A DNA stretch of 58,852 nucleotides from positions 1 through 58,852 of the forward strand of contig JBKJZO010000040.1 in the NCBI GenBank assembly GCA_046715235.1, given 5' to 3'. The notes beneath the pieces were generated by a model. That model did no database searches and was not told where the DNA came from. It was given only the letters and a program-made list of their open reading frames with translations. This stretch comes from Mycobacteriales bacterium (GTDB lineage: Bacteria; Actinomycetota; Actinomycetes; BP-191). Below, piece by piece: positions 38,440-48,623 of the stretch (positions are counted from its first letter, which is position 1; each line of letters opens with the position of its first letter). Made by a program: the position numbers and the translations under genes.

Positions 38440-40044
38440 TTACGTGGCCCGCCTGCGCAGTACAGCAACGAGGTCGGCCAGTTCGGCGACCCGCAGCCTG
38501 TTCGCGATGACAACGTAGAGAGCGCCTGCCGTCGCTACGGCGAGTACCAGGGAGACGAGGGTCGCGGTGACCGACTCGCCGAGCACCGCCCGCGACGCGA
38601 TCGCGCAGACAGCCGCGCCGGCCGCGGCGAGCAGCGAGGCTAGGGAGACACGCACCAGCGTGCGTACGACGGGCTCCCCACTCCCGGGGCCGAGCCGGCG
38701 GCGTAGCAGCACAGTGAAGACGGCAACGCCGACGACGTATGAGCTGCTGTAGCCCAGCGCGAGCCCGACCGCGCGCGAGTCGCCGTCGAGGGTCGCGAAC
38801 AGCACCAGGTCGACCGCGATCATCACCGCGTTGACGACGGCGTTGACCAGGGCCGGCGTGCGGCTGTCGTGCATCGCGTAGAACGCGCGCAACTGCAGCT
38901 GGAAGGCGCTGAAGAACGGCAGTCCGACGGCGAAGCCGGTGAGGACCCGTCCCACGAGGAGTGCGCCGCCGCGTTCGGTACGGCCGTGCTCGAACACGAC
39001 GACGGCGATGTTGCCGGCCAGCACGAACAGCGTCGCGGCAGCCGGGATCACGAAAGCCTGCGACAGGCGAAGGCCGCGCGTGAGATCGGCGCGCAGCAGA
39101 TCGAGGCGCTGGTCGACCGCGTGCCGGCTCAACCGCGGCAACAGCGCGCTGATCACAGACACGGTGATGATCGCGTGTGGCAACTGGAAGAGCTGGAACG
39201 CGTTGGCGTACGGCGTCAGGAACGTCTCGCCGTGCGCGAGCCGCACGACGACGGCGTACCCGATCTGGTTGAGCACGACGTACAGCAGCACCCAGCCGCC
39301 GAGTCGCAGCGCCTCCGCCAGCAGCGGGTGATGCCAGTCGAGTCGCGGTCTCCAGCGGAAACCCACCGCGCGCAGCGATGGAAGCAGGGCCAGCGTCATC
39401 ACCGCGACGCCGAGCGTCGTGCCGATCGCCAGAGTCAACGTCTGGGCCTGCGTCAGGCCCGCCGGGGTCAACGGCTCGGCCGACGGCAGCGTCATGAAGA
39501 CCAGCGCGGTGCCGATCACGACGATGTTGTTGAGCACCGGTGTGAACATCGGCGCGCCGAACCGGCCACGGGTGTTGAGCACGGCGCTGATCGCCGCGCC
39601 GAGACCGTAGAACAAGATCTGCGGCAGGAAATACCGCAGGAACGTCACTTCCAGGTCGCGCTGCGGACCGGCTTGGTTGTTGTAGATCGAGATGATCCAG
39701 GGAGCGGCGAGGACCCCGGCAACGGTCGCCGTACCGAGCACCACCCCCACGATCGTCAGCAACAGCTGGGCAAAACCGGTGCCCTCGTCGGCGTCGTTAC
39801 GCGCGCTCTTGACGAGCAGCGGCACGATGACACTGGTCAGGACGCCGCCGAGCAATAGTTCGTAGACGATGTTCGGTACGACGTTGGCGACGTTGTATGC
39901 GTCGGCGACCTGCGAAGGCACGCCGAGAGCCGCGGCGACGACCGCGACGCGCAGGAAGCCGGTCGCGCGCGACGCGACCGTGCCCACGGCCATCACACTG
40001 CTGGACCGGTTGAGCGCTGATTCGCCTGCTGTCGTACGGCTCAT
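38440..40044 (-). CDS. murJ: Lipid II flippase MurJ (MviN)
   Basis: 534 aa, polytopic, with the typical N-terminus MAVGTVASRATGFLRVAVVAAALG...ADAYNVANVVPNIVYELLLGGVLTSVIVPLLV. Confidence 0.93.
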   Translation of the reverse strand: MSRTTAGESALNRSSSVMAVGTVASRATGFLRVAVVAAALGVPSQVADAYNVANVVPNIVYELLLGGVLTSVIVPLLVKSARNDADEGTGFAQLLLTIVGVVLGTATVAGVLAAPWIISIYNNQAGPQRDLEVTFLRYFLPQILFYGLGAAISAVLNTRGRFGAPMFTPVLNNIVVIGTALVFMTLPSAEPLTPAGLTQAQTLTLAIGTTLGVAVMTLALLPSLRAVGFRWRPRLDWHHPLLAEALRLGGWVLLYVVLNQIGYAVVVRLAHGETFLTPYANAFQLFQLPHAIITVSVISALLPRLSRHAVDQRLDLLRADLTRGLRLSQAFVIPAAATLFVLAGNIAVVVFEHGRTERGGALLVGRVLTGFAVGLPFFSAFQLQLRAFYAMHDSRTPALVNAVVNAVMIAVDLVLFATLDGDSRAVGLALGYSSSYVVGVAVFTVLLRRRLGPGSGEPVVRTLVRVSLASLLAAAGAAVCAIASRAVLGESVTATLVSLVLAVATAGALYVVIANRLRVAELADLVAVLRRRAT

Positions 40045-42233
40045 TCGGCGTCGGGCCCGCCGACGTGGGTCAGCGGAGCCAACGCGGGATCGTCCTCGGG
40101 GAAAGGCGCGTCGGGAGTGTCAGCTGAGTCGGCGGCGCTGCCTCCGCGGCGGCGCCGGAACACGAAGCGCACGACCACGGCGATCACCAGGAGCACGAAC
40201 GCCGTGATCGTCACGGCGAGGGCGACCGTGCCGTACGCCGTCGTACTGACGACTGTCGTCTTGGGGGGTCCGACGCTGTCGTTCTCAGGGGTCAGCAGCG
40301 CGACCTCCACCGGGAACTTGCCGATGGTCCTGGCCTGGAAGCGCACGGACAGCTGCGCACCGGTCGGTGGCACCGTTTGATCAGGGACCTGGGCGAACGT
40401 TAGGCCGGGCCGTTGCGAGCGCATCGTCAACCGGACCCGGACCGGTGTGCGCAGCTCGTTGACGATGGTGATCGGCACGGGACCGCGCGTGCTCGTCAGC
40501 CGGACCTTGTTGAGCTGGACGCGGATCTTGCTCCGGTAGCTGCTCTCGAACTCGCGCTCGACGGCGGCCCGCAGCGCGACAGCACCGCGAACGTTGGTGC
40601 GCCAGTGCGCCGAAAGCGCCCGTGCGAGCGCCTCCTCGCGCCAGGTGTTGATCTGCGACTTGATCGCCGCTCCCGCGGCCCGCTGCTCGGTAGCCTCCGC
40701 GACCGCCGCCACGTCCGATGCCGGGGGCTCTTCGGGTGCGACCAGGATCGTGCCGAAGGAGAGCAGAGCCGCTCGCTGCCGGGTCACGTCACGCAGCAGC
40801 TGGCTGGGCAGTTCGGCGCGGCGCGCCCCCTCCGGGTAGTGCGGCGTCGTCGCTCTGCCCGTGCCGCGACCTGGTTCCCGAAGTGTCTGGCTGACGGTGG
40901 TGGCGCCGAGCCACGGCGTCGTCGCCGGGAGGGCCAGCATCTGCGCGCTGCTCTCGATCGCTACCGGCAGCCACAGCCGGGGCAGTGGCAGTACGACGTC
41001 GCGAACCTCGCCCGGCCGCTCCTGCTGCGTCACGGCGGTCTCGGCGAGCAGTCGCTGCCGTGTCGTCACAGCGCTCAGCGGCGAGGCAGCCACGATCACT
41101 TGTCGCAACGGCGAATCCGCGACCAGAGCGGTCATCTTCCGCGCGGTGGTGTCCAGGTCGTACGCCGCCGTCTGGGTGTACTCACTCGTTCCGGTCAACG
41201 GCAGGGTCTGGTCGTCGAGGATCACCGCGTCGATCGCGTTGTCGGCCAGGACGCTGACCGACGCGGTGTCCACCGCGCCGTCAACCGGCCAGGTGACACT
41301 GGTCCGAGCGCTGACGCCCAGAACCTCGCGGATGGCCTCCCGGCTCTGCCGCAATGCGACGGTGACATCGCCGTTCAGCCCGGCTCGGACGAGTGCAACG
41401 AGGTCGGCGTCGGCGTACGGCAGCGCGATCACCTCGGACCGGCGGCTCAACTCGCGGAGCCTTGCGAGCCACTGCGCCGCCGCCACGGCGCCCGGCTCAC
41501 GCTCGGTGAGCGCAGCGACGGACTCCACGAGTTGCCCGTCGATCGCCAGCGTCACCTGCAGGGTCGACCCGCTGAGGACCGCGGCTCGCTCAAGGACAGC
41601 GAGTACGACGTCGAGCCGGCCTCCCGGCGCCACCGACTTCGACAGCTGGTCGCCCGGGTTCGCGCCGCCGGGGCTACGCGCGGGCACCTCAGTGAGGGGC
41701 ACGACCCAGCCAATGCGCAGTGTCGGCTCCGCAGGAGGCTCCGGGTCCGGCCACCAGATCAGGAACGAGTCGGCGCGGCCGATCGTGGTGCTGATCCTGG
41801 ACGTGACCTCGAAGCGCAAGGGATAGATCGCGGGAGCCGCGGTGCGCGGAAGGTCTAGCTCGGCCATCGGGATGTCGAGCGCTACGTACTCGGACGCCCC
41901 CGCGGGCAGCTCGCGGACGACGTCCTCGGTTTTGCGCCAGAACGTCTCCCCGGCCGGCGGCGTCTCGGCGGCCTGCGCCACCCCGGATCGCGTCGAAATC
42001 CGATCACCCCGGCGCAGCCTCCACCGCACGAACTCGACGGTCTCGCTGCTGTCATTGGTGATCGTCGCGCGCAGGTGCAACACGCTGTCGGGCTGGCGGC
42101 CCACAACGGCGTCCAGCCCGGTCAGCTCGACCCGGACGCGAGGCGGGGTGGCGGTCTGCGCGGCCGCGGGCGCGGCCGGCATTGCGGCCGACGCGGCAAC
42201 CAGAAGCGCCCCTACGGCGGCTCCCAACCTCAT
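40041..42233 (-). CDS. Rv3909-like conserved actinobacterial exported protein (DUF6049-type), C-terminally membrane-anchored
   Basis: 730 aa. It has a signal peptide ([26 protein letters not shown]) and a C-terminal TM ([24 protein letters not shown]). It occupies the conserved slot between the NUDIX gene and murJ. The stop overlaps the murJ start. Confidence 0.65.
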   Translation of the reverse strand: MRLGAAVGALLVAASAAMPAAPAAAQTATPPRVRVELTGLDAVVGRQPDSVLHLRATITNDSSETVEFVRWRLRRGDRISTRSGVAQAAETPPAGETFWRKTEDVVRELPAGASEYVALDIPMAELDLPRTAAPAIYPLRFEVTSRISTTIGRADSFLIWWPDPEPPAEPTLRIGWVVPLTEVPARSPGGANPGDQLSKSVAPGGRLDVVLAVLERAAVLSGSTLQVTLAIDGQLVESVAALTEREPGAVAAAQWLARLRELSRRSEVIALPYADADLVALVRAGLNGDVTVALRQSREAIREVLGVSARTSVTWPVDGAVDTASVSVLADNAIDAVILDDQTLPLTGTSEYTQTAAYDLDTTARKMTALVADSPLRQVIVAASPLSAVTTRQRLLAETAVTQQERPGEVRDVVLPLPRLWLPVAIESSAQMLALPATTPWLGATTVSQTLREPGRGTGRATTPHYPEGARRAELPSQLLRDVTRQRAALLSFGTILVAPEEPPASDVAAVAEATEQRAAGAAIKSQINTWREEALARALSAHWRTNVRGAVALRAAVEREFESSYRSKIRVQLNKVRLTSTRGPVPITIVNELRTPVRVRLTMRSQRPGLTFAQVPDQTVPPTGAQLSVRFQARTIGKFPVEVALLTPENDSVGPPKTTVVSTTAYGTVALAVTITAFVLLVIAVVVRFVFRRRRGGSAADSADTPDAPFPEDDPALAPLTHVGGPDAE

Positions 42234-42703
42234 CGCGACTCGAGCAGCAGTTCGGGGATCTTTTCCACGAGCGCTTTCTCGTCGGGGTAGAACAGCCGAT
42301 CCGGGATTTCGGCCAGCGGCACCCAGGCGACCTCGTGCACCTCCACGTCGGCGTCGCTGAGTTCGCCCCCCGTGGCGAGCAGCACAAAGTGGTGAACCGT
42401 CTTGTGGATTCGCGCCCCTTCCGCGACGAACCAGAAGTCGATCGTGCCCAGGGGCGCGATGACCGAGCCGCTGATTCCGGTTTCCTCGGCAACCTCCCGG
42501 GCGGCCGCCTCCTCCGTCGTCTCACCGGGCTCGACGTGACCCTTGGGCAACGACCACAGGACGCGCCCGCGGCGGTCGAGACGTCCGATTAATGCACCGT
42601 TGGCCTCATGCGCACGCCGGTCGAGCACGAGTCCCCCAGCCGACGTCTCCTCAACCCGGCGCAGCGAGCGACGGGTGCGGGGTGGCGTGGAGTGTCGTAC
42701 CAC
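42230..42703 (-). CDS. NUDIX hydrolase (MutT4-like)
   Basis: The Nudix box is [25 protein letters not shown]. Confidence 0.9.
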   Translation of the reverse strand: MVRHSTPPRTRRSLRRVEETSAGGLVLDRRAHEANGALIGRLDRRGRVLWSLPKGHVEPGETTEEAAAREVAEETGISGSVIAPLGTIDFWFVAEGARIHKTVHHFVLLATGGELSDADVEVHEVAWVPLAEIPDRLFYPDEKALVEKIPELLLESR

Positions 42704-42769
42704 CTGAGCGATCCTAGTGCGGTGTTCGCGCGCTGAAGCTTTTGCAGCAGTCGGACTAACGCGCTCTGG

Positions 42770-43327
42770 CTAGCGCGCCCGTGACGGCCGGAGCAGCGGC
42801 CGGACGTGGATCCTGCGCGCGGCCGCGTCGACGTCGAGCCGGACGCCTTCGCGGCTGGTCCCCCACTCCGTCAGGGCAGCGACGAGTGCGTTGGTGTGGA
42901 CCAGCAGGTCGCGGCTGCGGATCTTCAGGACGGTGCCAGAGTCGCCCGTCGGCGCGTACAGAACTTCGGAGGTTCCGAGGGACGCGTCGACCACCAGCCG
43001 CACGTGCTCGGGGAGGCAGATCGGCGAGACGAGCGCGGCGGTGAAGTCGGTCACGGCATTGATGCGATGAACCGCGGCCGGCACTACGGCCGGCACACCG
43101 AGATTTCTGGCGAGCGCCCCGGACCGCAGTGTCACCCCCGCCGGCACGGCGAGCGCGTATAGGGTGCCGCCGGCGTCGTACAGGCGGACGGAGACACACC
43201 ACCAGCTCGGCAGAGAGAGCACATCGGGCATCTCGTCGGCGGTGTTGAGCGCCCGCGGTGAACGGACGATCTCGTGCGGGATGCCAGCACTGAGGAGCTC
43301 ACGATGGACGTCGAGTGGGCCCTTCAT
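42770..43327 (-). CDS. YbaK/ProX-type aminoacyl-tRNA editing-domain-like protein
   Basis: ATG 43327 is preceded by GAGGGAG. MKGPLDVHRELLSAGIPHEIV...INAVTDFTAALVSPICLPEHVRLVVDASLGTSEVLYAPTGDSGTVLKIRSRDLL fits the YbaK-fold pattern (tGf..G.vsP.gl...vvvD.sl....vy...G). The assignment was made by eye only. Confidence 0.5.
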   Translation of the reverse strand: MKGPLDVHRELLSAGIPHEIVRSPRALNTADEMPDVLSLPSWWCVSVRLYDAGGTLYALAVPAGVTLRSGALARNLGVPAVVPAAVHRINAVTDFTAALVSPICLPEHVRLVVDASLGTSEVLYAPTGDSGTVLKIRSRDLLVHTNALVAALTEWGTSREGVRLDVDAAARRIHVRPLLRPSRAR

Positions 43328-43460
43328 CGACGCTCCCTCGGATTGGACGCACAAATGAGCGATCCCGGGAATACCGGACAAGGTACGCCCATCGTTACGA
43401 GCGGAAAAGAGACAAAAATCCCAAACTGCAAGATACATCTGGGATCAGATCACGAGACAC

Positions 43461-44993
43461 ATGCTTGCGGCAAGTAGGCAAGCGATCACTGTGGGCCACC
43501 AGGCGCGCTCGTATGTGACCGAAACGGTTCGGTGCAGACCGCTGCGAGCCGTACCCTTCTCGGCTGTGCCCACCCTGACGAATGCCCAGCGAGAGGCCGT
43601 TACCGCCCTCATGCGCATCGCGCCGGTGGCCGACGAGCTTGGTGCCCGGTTCGCCGCGGCCGGACACGAGCTGCATTTGGTTGGCGGACCTGTTCGCGAC
43701 GCCATGCTGGGCCGGCTGGGCGACGACCTCGACTTCGCGACCGACGCCCACCCCAACGTCGTGCTGGCCCTGATCGAAGGATGGGCCGACACGGTCTGGA
43801 CGATGGGCATCGCCTACGGGACAGTCGGCCTCGCCAAGGGTGGCCTGCGCCTGGAGATAACGACCTACCGCGCCGACTCGTACGACCCCTCCTCCCGCAA
43901 GCCTGACGTGATGTACGGCGAGACGCTCGAAGGAGATCTCGCGCGCCGCGACTTCACTGTCAACGCGATGGCAGTCTCGCTTCCCGGACACGTGTTCACT
44001 GATCCGTTCCGGGGGTTGGCCGACCTGGCCGCCCGGCGCCTGCGTACGCCGGGTCGGCCAGAGGATTCATTCGGGGACGATCCGTTGCGGATGATGCGCG
44101 CCGCACGGTTCGCGGCCAGCCTTCGATTCACGCCCGTGCCGGAGGTCACGGCCGCGATCACCGCGATGGCGGATCGGATCGCGATCGTGTCCGCAGAGCG
44201 GGTGCGCGACGAGCTGTCGAAGCTGCTTCTCGCCGACGATCCGGTGCCCGGTCTGGAGATTCTGGTCGAGACCGGGATAGCGCAGCTGGTCTTGCCGGAG
44301 CTGCCGCGGATGCGGCTGGAGATCGACCCGATCCACCAGCACAAGGACGTCTACCGGCACAGCCTCGCCGTACTCACGCGCGCGATCTCCCTCGAGAACA
44401 GTGGCGCTGACCTCACCCTGCGGATGGCCGCGCTGCTGCACGACATCGGCAAGCCGAAGACCCGGGCGATCGGGCCGGCGGGCGTGAGTTTTCACCATCA
44501 CGAGGTCGTCGGCGCGGCGATGGCCAAGGCGCGGCTGCGGGCGCTGCGCTACCCGAAGACGTTCATCGAGGACGTCACGCGCCTGATCGAGCTGCACCTG
44601 CGCTTCCACGGCTACGGCCTGGGCGAGTGGACCGACTCTGCCGTCCGCCGTTACGTCCGGGACGCCGGCCCGCTCCTCGACCGCCTCAACATCCTGGTGC
44701 GGTCCGACTGCACCACGCGCAACCGCCGTAAGGCAGCGGAGCTGGCGGCGGCGTACGACGGGCTCGAGGCGCGGATCGCCCGCCTGGCCGAGGAGGAGGA
44801 GTTGGCCAAGGTCAGGCCCGACCTCGACGGCCGCGACATCATGGAGATCCTCGGCGTCAAGCCGGGCCCGATCGTCGGCCGGGCCCGCGAGTACCTGCTC
44901 GAACTGCGACTCGACCAGGGCCCGCTGGAGCGCGAGGAAGCAGTGCGCCTGTTGCTCAGCTGGGCACGAGAGCAGGGGCTCGCATCGCCGTGA
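43461..44993 (+). CDS. cca: CCA tRNA nucleotidyltransferase / poly(A) polymerase family with an HD domain (PcnA-like)
   Basis: GHELHLVGGPVRDAMLGR...DLDFAT...RRDFTVNAMA, with an HD region (YRHSLAV...AALLHDIGKP). GTG 43515 and GTG 43566 are alternative starts. Confidence 0.9.
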   Translation: MLAASRQAITVGHQARSYVTETVRCRPLRAVPFSAVPTLTNAQREAVTALMRIAPVADELGARFAAAGHELHLVGGPVRDAMLGRLGDDLDFATDAHPNVVLALIEGWADTVWTMGIAYGTVGLAKGGLRLEITTYRADSYDPSSRKPDVMYGETLEGDLARRDFTVNAMAVSLPGHVFTDPFRGLADLAARRLRTPGRPEDSFGDDPLRMMRAARFAASLRFTPVPEVTAAITAMADRIAIVSAERVRDELSKLLLADDPVPGLEILVETGIAQLVLPELPRMRLEIDPIHQHKDVYRHSLAVLTRAISLENSGADLTLRMAALLHDIGKPKTRAIGPAGVSFHHHEVVGAAMAKARLRALRYPKTFIEDVTRLIELHLRFHGYGLGEWTDSAVRRYVRDAGPLLDRLNILVRSDCTTRNRRKAAELAAAYDGLEARIARLAEEEELAKVRPDLDGRDIMEILGVKPGPIVGRAREYLLELRLDQGPLEREEAVRLLLSWAREQGLASP

Positions 44994-46272
44994 TGCGCTG
45001 TCGCGCGCGGTTGTAGACCACCGCCGTGACCAGGTAACCCGCCGTGATCAGAGCGAGTACGGCGTACGACTTCCCGTTGGGCGGGAGCAGCAGTGCCGAC
45101 AGTCCCGCGGCTGAGACGAACGCGACGTTGAAGACGATGTCGTAGAACGCGAAGACCCGCCCGCGGTACTCGTCGTCGACGCTCTCCTGCACGATCGTGT
45201 CGACGCAGATCTTCGAGCCCTGCGCGGCGAAGCCGAGCAGGAATGCCGCGACCAGGAACGACTCCTGCTGGTAGGTCATCGCGAGCGTCGCCTCGACCAG
45301 CGCCGCGAGCGCAAAGCACACAACGATCCAGCGGGACTTGCCGATCCGCCGAGTTCCGCTCGGTGTCGCCGCTGCCGCGACCAGCGCGCCGACCGACGAC
45401 GCCGCGAAGATCTGGCCTAGCCCGGCGAGGTCGGTCCTGATCAGTCCGTGATCGGTGAACCCGGTGTAGTTGCGGTAGAGCAGCAGCGTCGCGATCGTCG
45501 AGATGCCGAAGAAGAACCGGTGGGCGCCGATCGCTGCCAGCGCGGCACCTGCCTGCCTTCGCAACCACACGTGCTTCGCGCCGTCGACGATGCCGTGCCC
45601 CACTTCACCCAGGGCTTCGCGCCAATGCGCGTGGTGTACGTCGACGTCGGGACCGAGCAGCCGTGACGGCAGCCGGGTCGCGCTGGCGGCCGAGAGCGCG
45701 TATCCGATTGCCGCAGTGAGCGCGACGACCGCGACGCCCGCATCGTCTGCACCGGCCAGCCGCCGTATCAACAGTCCGGCGCCGCCGCCGATCACGGTCG
45801 CAACAGAGCCGAGCGTCGTCGTCAGCGAGTTGCCTGTCACGAGCAAGGCGTCTTCGACCACGTGCGGCAACGATGCCGACAGCGCCGACAGGAAGAACCG
45901 GTTGACCCCGGTGACCGACAGTGCAGCGGCGTAGAACGCCGGGCCCTCGACGCCGCCGGCCACGAGTGCGGCGACCAAGCCGATCAGAACCACGCGCACG
46001 AGATTGGAGATGACCAGAATGCGCTGCCGGCGCCAACGGTCGATGAACACCCCGGCAAACGGTCCGGCGACGCTGTAGGGAAGCAGCAGCGTGGCGAAGC
46101 CGGCTGCGATCTGTGCGGCACTCGTCCGGCGTTCGGGCGAGAAGATGACGAAGCTGGCCAGTGCTATCTGGAAGATTCCGTCACCCGCCTGGGCAAGCAC
46201 CCTGGTGGCCAGCAGCTGCCGGAACCGCCGGGCGCGCGCCAGCGTCAAGACGCCGGCGGGCAGGTGAATCAC
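44956..46272 (-). CDS. MFS transporter
   Basis: 438 aa with about 12 TM segments. The N-terminus FRQLLATRVLAQAGDGIFQIALASFV...GVFIDRWRRQRIL is typical of EntS/MFS_3-type exporters. Its 3' end overlaps the cca 3' end by 38 nt (convergent). Confidence 0.85.
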   Translation of the reverse strand: MIHLPAGVLTLARARRFRQLLATRVLAQAGDGIFQIALASFVIFSPERRTSAAQIAAGFATLLLPYSVAGPFAGVFIDRWRRQRILVISNLVRVVLIGLVAALVAGGVEGPAFYAAALSVTGVNRFFLSALSASLPHVVEDALLVTGNSLTTTLGSVATVIGGGAGLLIRRLAGADDAGVAVVALTAAIGYALSAASATRLPSRLLGPDVDVHHAHWREALGEVGHGIVDGAKHVWLRRQAGAALAAIGAHRFFFGISTIATLLLYRNYTGFTDHGLIRTDLAGLGQIFAASSVGALVAAAATPSGTRRIGKSRWIVVCFALAALVEATLAMTYQQESFLVAAFLLGFAAQGSKICVDTIVQESVDDEYRGRVFAFYDIVFNVAFVSAAGLSALLLPPNGKSYAVLALITAGYLVTAVVYNRARQRITAMRAPALVPS

Positions 46273-46298
46273 GACGTCAGAGTAAGGCGGAATCGAAG

Positions 46299-46329
46299 AG
46301 GGCCGCGTCCGGCGTACCGGAGCGGCCCT
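46299..46329 (-). terminator. Stable hairpin downstream of ino1 (terminator candidate)
   Basis: AGGGCCGC(G)TCCGG-cgta-CCGGA-GCGGCCCT has 13 paired positions with a 1-nt bulge. It lies 17 nt after the ino1 stop. On the minus strand it is followed only by a weak CTTCGATT tract. Confidence 0.4.
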
Positions 46330-46345
46330 TTCGTCAGCGGGATCG

Positions 46346-47425
46346 TCAGGCGACGGGGTCGCCGGCGATGAACTCCTCGGTGAGGCGACGGCATTCGTCG
46401 TCCCGGTACTGCTCCGGCGGGCTCTTCATGAAGTACGACGATGGGCCGAGCAGCGGGCCACCGATACCGCGGTCCTTGGCAATCTTGGCGCAGCGCACCG
46501 CGTCGATGACGACACCGGCCGAGTTGGGACTGTCCCAGACCTCGAGCTTGTACTCGAGGTTGAGCGGCACGTCACCGAAGGCGCGGCCTTCGAGACGGAC
46601 GTAGGCCCACTTGCGGTCGTCGAGCCACGAGACGTAGTCGGACGGACCGATGTGCACGTTGCCCTTGCCGAGGTCATGGTTGAGCTGCGACGTCACGGCC
46701 TGGGTCTTGCTGATCTTCTTGGACTCCAGCCGCTCGCGCTCGAGCATGTTCATGAAGTCCATGTTGCCGCCGACGTTGAGCTGCATCGTGCGGTCGAGCA
46801 CCACGCCGCGGTCCTCGAAGAGCTTCGCGAGAACCCGGTGGGTGATGGTCGCGCCGACCTGGCTCTTGATGTCGTCGCCGATGATCGGCACACCTGCGGC
46901 TTCGAACTTGGCCGCCCATTCCGGCGTACCGGCGATGAAGACCGGGAGGCAGTTGACGAAGCCGACGCCCGCGTCGATGGCGCACTGCGCATAGAAGCGC
47001 GCGGCGTCTTCCGAGCCGACCGGCAGGTAGCAGACGAGCACGTCGGCCTGCGACTCGCGCAGCGCGGCGACGACGTCGACCGGGGTCTCGTCGCTCTCGT
47101 CGATCATCTGCTGGTAGTACTTGCCGAGTCCGTCGAGCGTGTGACCGCGCAGCACCTCGACGCCGAGCGGGGGTACGTCAGCGAGCTTGATGGTGTTGTT
47201 CTCGCTGGCAAATATCGCCTCCGACAGGTCGTGCCCGACCTTCTTGCCGTCGACGTCGAACGCGGCGACGAACTCGATGTCGCTGACGTGGTAACCGCCG
47301 AGGTCGACGTGCATCAACCCCGGGACCCGTGCTCCCGCGTCGGCATCGCGGTAGTACTCGATGCCTTGCACGAGCGAAGCGGCGCAGTTGCCGACGCCGA
47401 CAATGGCGACTCTTACCGAGCCCAT
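46346..47425 (-). CDS. ino1: myo-Inositol-1-phosphate (inositol-3-phosphate) synthase
   Basis: [28 protein letters not shown]...[35 protein letters not shown]... Confidence 0.95.
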   Translation of the reverse strand: MGSVRVAIVGVGNCAASLVQGIEYYRDADAGARVPGLMHVDLGGYHVSDIEFVAAFDVDGKKVGHDLSEAIFASENNTIKLADVPPLGVEVLRGHTLDGLGKYYQQMIDESDETPVDVVAALRESQADVLVCYLPVGSEDAARFYAQCAIDAGVGFVNCLPVFIAGTPEWAAKFEAAGVPIIGDDIKSQVGATITHRVLAKLFEDRGVVLDRTMQLNVGGNMDFMNMLERERLESKKISKTQAVTSQLNHDLGKGNVHIGPSDYVSWLDDRKWAYVRLEGRAFGDVPLNLEYKLEVWDSPNSAGVVIDAVRCAKIAKDRGIGGPLLGPSSYFMKSPPEQYRDDECRRLTEEFIAGDPVA

Positions 47426-47438
47426 GGGGTTGCTCCTT

Positions 47439-47996
47439 CTAGTTGGTGTCGTGCTGAGGGTTGTGAACGGGCCCAGCGCCGGTGCGCTCGCCTTGGATCA
47501 ACTCGTTGAGCCAGCGGACTTCCCGCTCGACCGACTCGAGTCCGTGCCGTTGCAGCTCGAGCGTGTAGTCGTCGACCTTCTCGCGCATGCGCACGAGGGT
47601 GGCGCGCAGGCCTTCTTGCTTCTCCTCGAGCCGGGTGCGCCTGCCCTCGAGGATGCGCAGGCGGGTCGTGGAGTCGGTTCTCGCGAAGAACGCGAAATGC
47701 ACGCCGAACGCGTCGTCCTCCCACGTGGAGGGCCCCGCCTCGGTGAGCAGCTCCTGGAAGCGCTCTTTGCCGTCAGCGGTCAGCGTGTAGACGACCTTGC
47801 TGCGCCGCCCTGCCATAGCTGAGCTGCCCTGCACCTCTTTGGTGATCCAGCCAGCGGCTTCCATCTTGGCCAGGCAGGGGTAGAGAGAGCCGTACGAGAA
47901 CGCCCGGAAGCGGCCAAGAACGGAGTCGAGTCGCTTTTTGAGCTCGTAGCCGTGCAGCGGCGACTCGTGGAGCAGCCCGAGGATGGCAAACTCCAT
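47439..47996 (-). CDS. PadR-family transcriptional regulator (Rv0047c-like), upstream of ino1
   Basis: [51 protein letters not shown], with a C-terminal dimerisation region. The track's upstream extension to 48107 looks non-coding. Confidence 0.85.
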   Translation of the reverse strand: MEFAILGLLHESPLHGYELKKRLDSVLGRFRAFSYGSLYPCLAKMEAAGWITKEVQGSSAMAGRRSKVVYTLTADGKERFQELLTEAGPSTWEDDAFGVHFAFFARTDSTTRLRILEGRRTRLEEKQEGLRATLVRMREKVDDYTLELQRHGLESVEREVRWLNELIQGERTGAGPVHNPQHDTN

Positions 47997-48069
47997 CACG
48001 GCTACTCCCTCCGGCTGACTGTGTGTGACGGCCCGCGCGTGGCGGACTGTGCACACGATGCATCGGCGA

Positions 48070-48090
48070 GATGTATCGGGCCGATACATC
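48070..48090. promoter_or_regulatory. Perfect 9-bp inverted repeat; candidate PadR operator
   Basis: GATGTATCG-ggc-CGATACATC carries the ATGT...ACAT half-sites characteristic of PadR operators. It lies in the divergent padR/DUF5318 intergenic region, 74 nt upstream of the padR ATG. Confidence 0.45.
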
Positions 48091-48192
48091 GAACGATAGG
48101 CAGCCACCCGCCATTAGTCAACCGTGCCCCAGTTGGTTACCTGCCGGACGCATTGCGGTCGATGGCCGGAACCACGTCGTACCCTGGACGCT

Positions 48193-48612
48193 GTGCGAAC
48201 GCAGCGAGCGATCATCGACTACGCCCTGGCGAGACGGGCGACACTGGCCGATCTATTCGCCGGGCGCATCTCCACGCTGGATGTCTGCGACGCCCATCCC
48301 TACCTGCTGCGCGCCGCCAAGTACCACGGTGAAACGGGCACGGTCGACTGCCCGGTCTGCAAGCGCGAGCCGCTCACTCTGGTCAACTACGTCTACGGCG
48401 ACGAGCTCAAGGAAGCGACCGGTCAGGTACGTGGCACGGCCGAGCTGCCGAAGATGGCACTCGACTACGCCGAGTTGACCGTCTACGTCGTCGAGGTGTG
48501 CCGCACCTGCGGCTGGAACCACCTGACGACCAGCTACCAGATCGGCACCAACGGCCTTCGGGTGCGGCGCGTCAGGCGCGCGGAGAAGTCCGACCGCAGC
48601 GCGGAGCAGTAA
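48193..48612 (+). CDS. DUF5318-family protein (Rv0049-like)
   Basis: (M)RTQRAIIDYALARRATLADLF...DVCDAHPYLLRAAKYHGE...CPVCK...VEVCRTCGWNHL. It occupies the conserved slot upstream of ponA. GTG 48193 was chosen as start; the track's start is 48124. Confidence 0.7.
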   Translation: MRTQRAIIDYALARRATLADLFAGRISTLDVCDAHPYLLRAAKYHGETGTVDCPVCKREPLTLVNYVYGDELKEATGQVRGTAELPKMALDYAELTVYVVEVCRTCGWNHLTTSYQIGTNGLRVRRVRRAEKSDRSAEQ

Positions 48613-48623
48613 TCTCGCCTCCC

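Noticed and set aside
38869-41858. Plus-strand ORFs 38869..39858 (329 aa) and 40413..41858 (481 aa)
   Set aside because: They are antisense to murJ and the Rv3909-like gene, with Arg/Asp/His-rich products and no recognisable domains.
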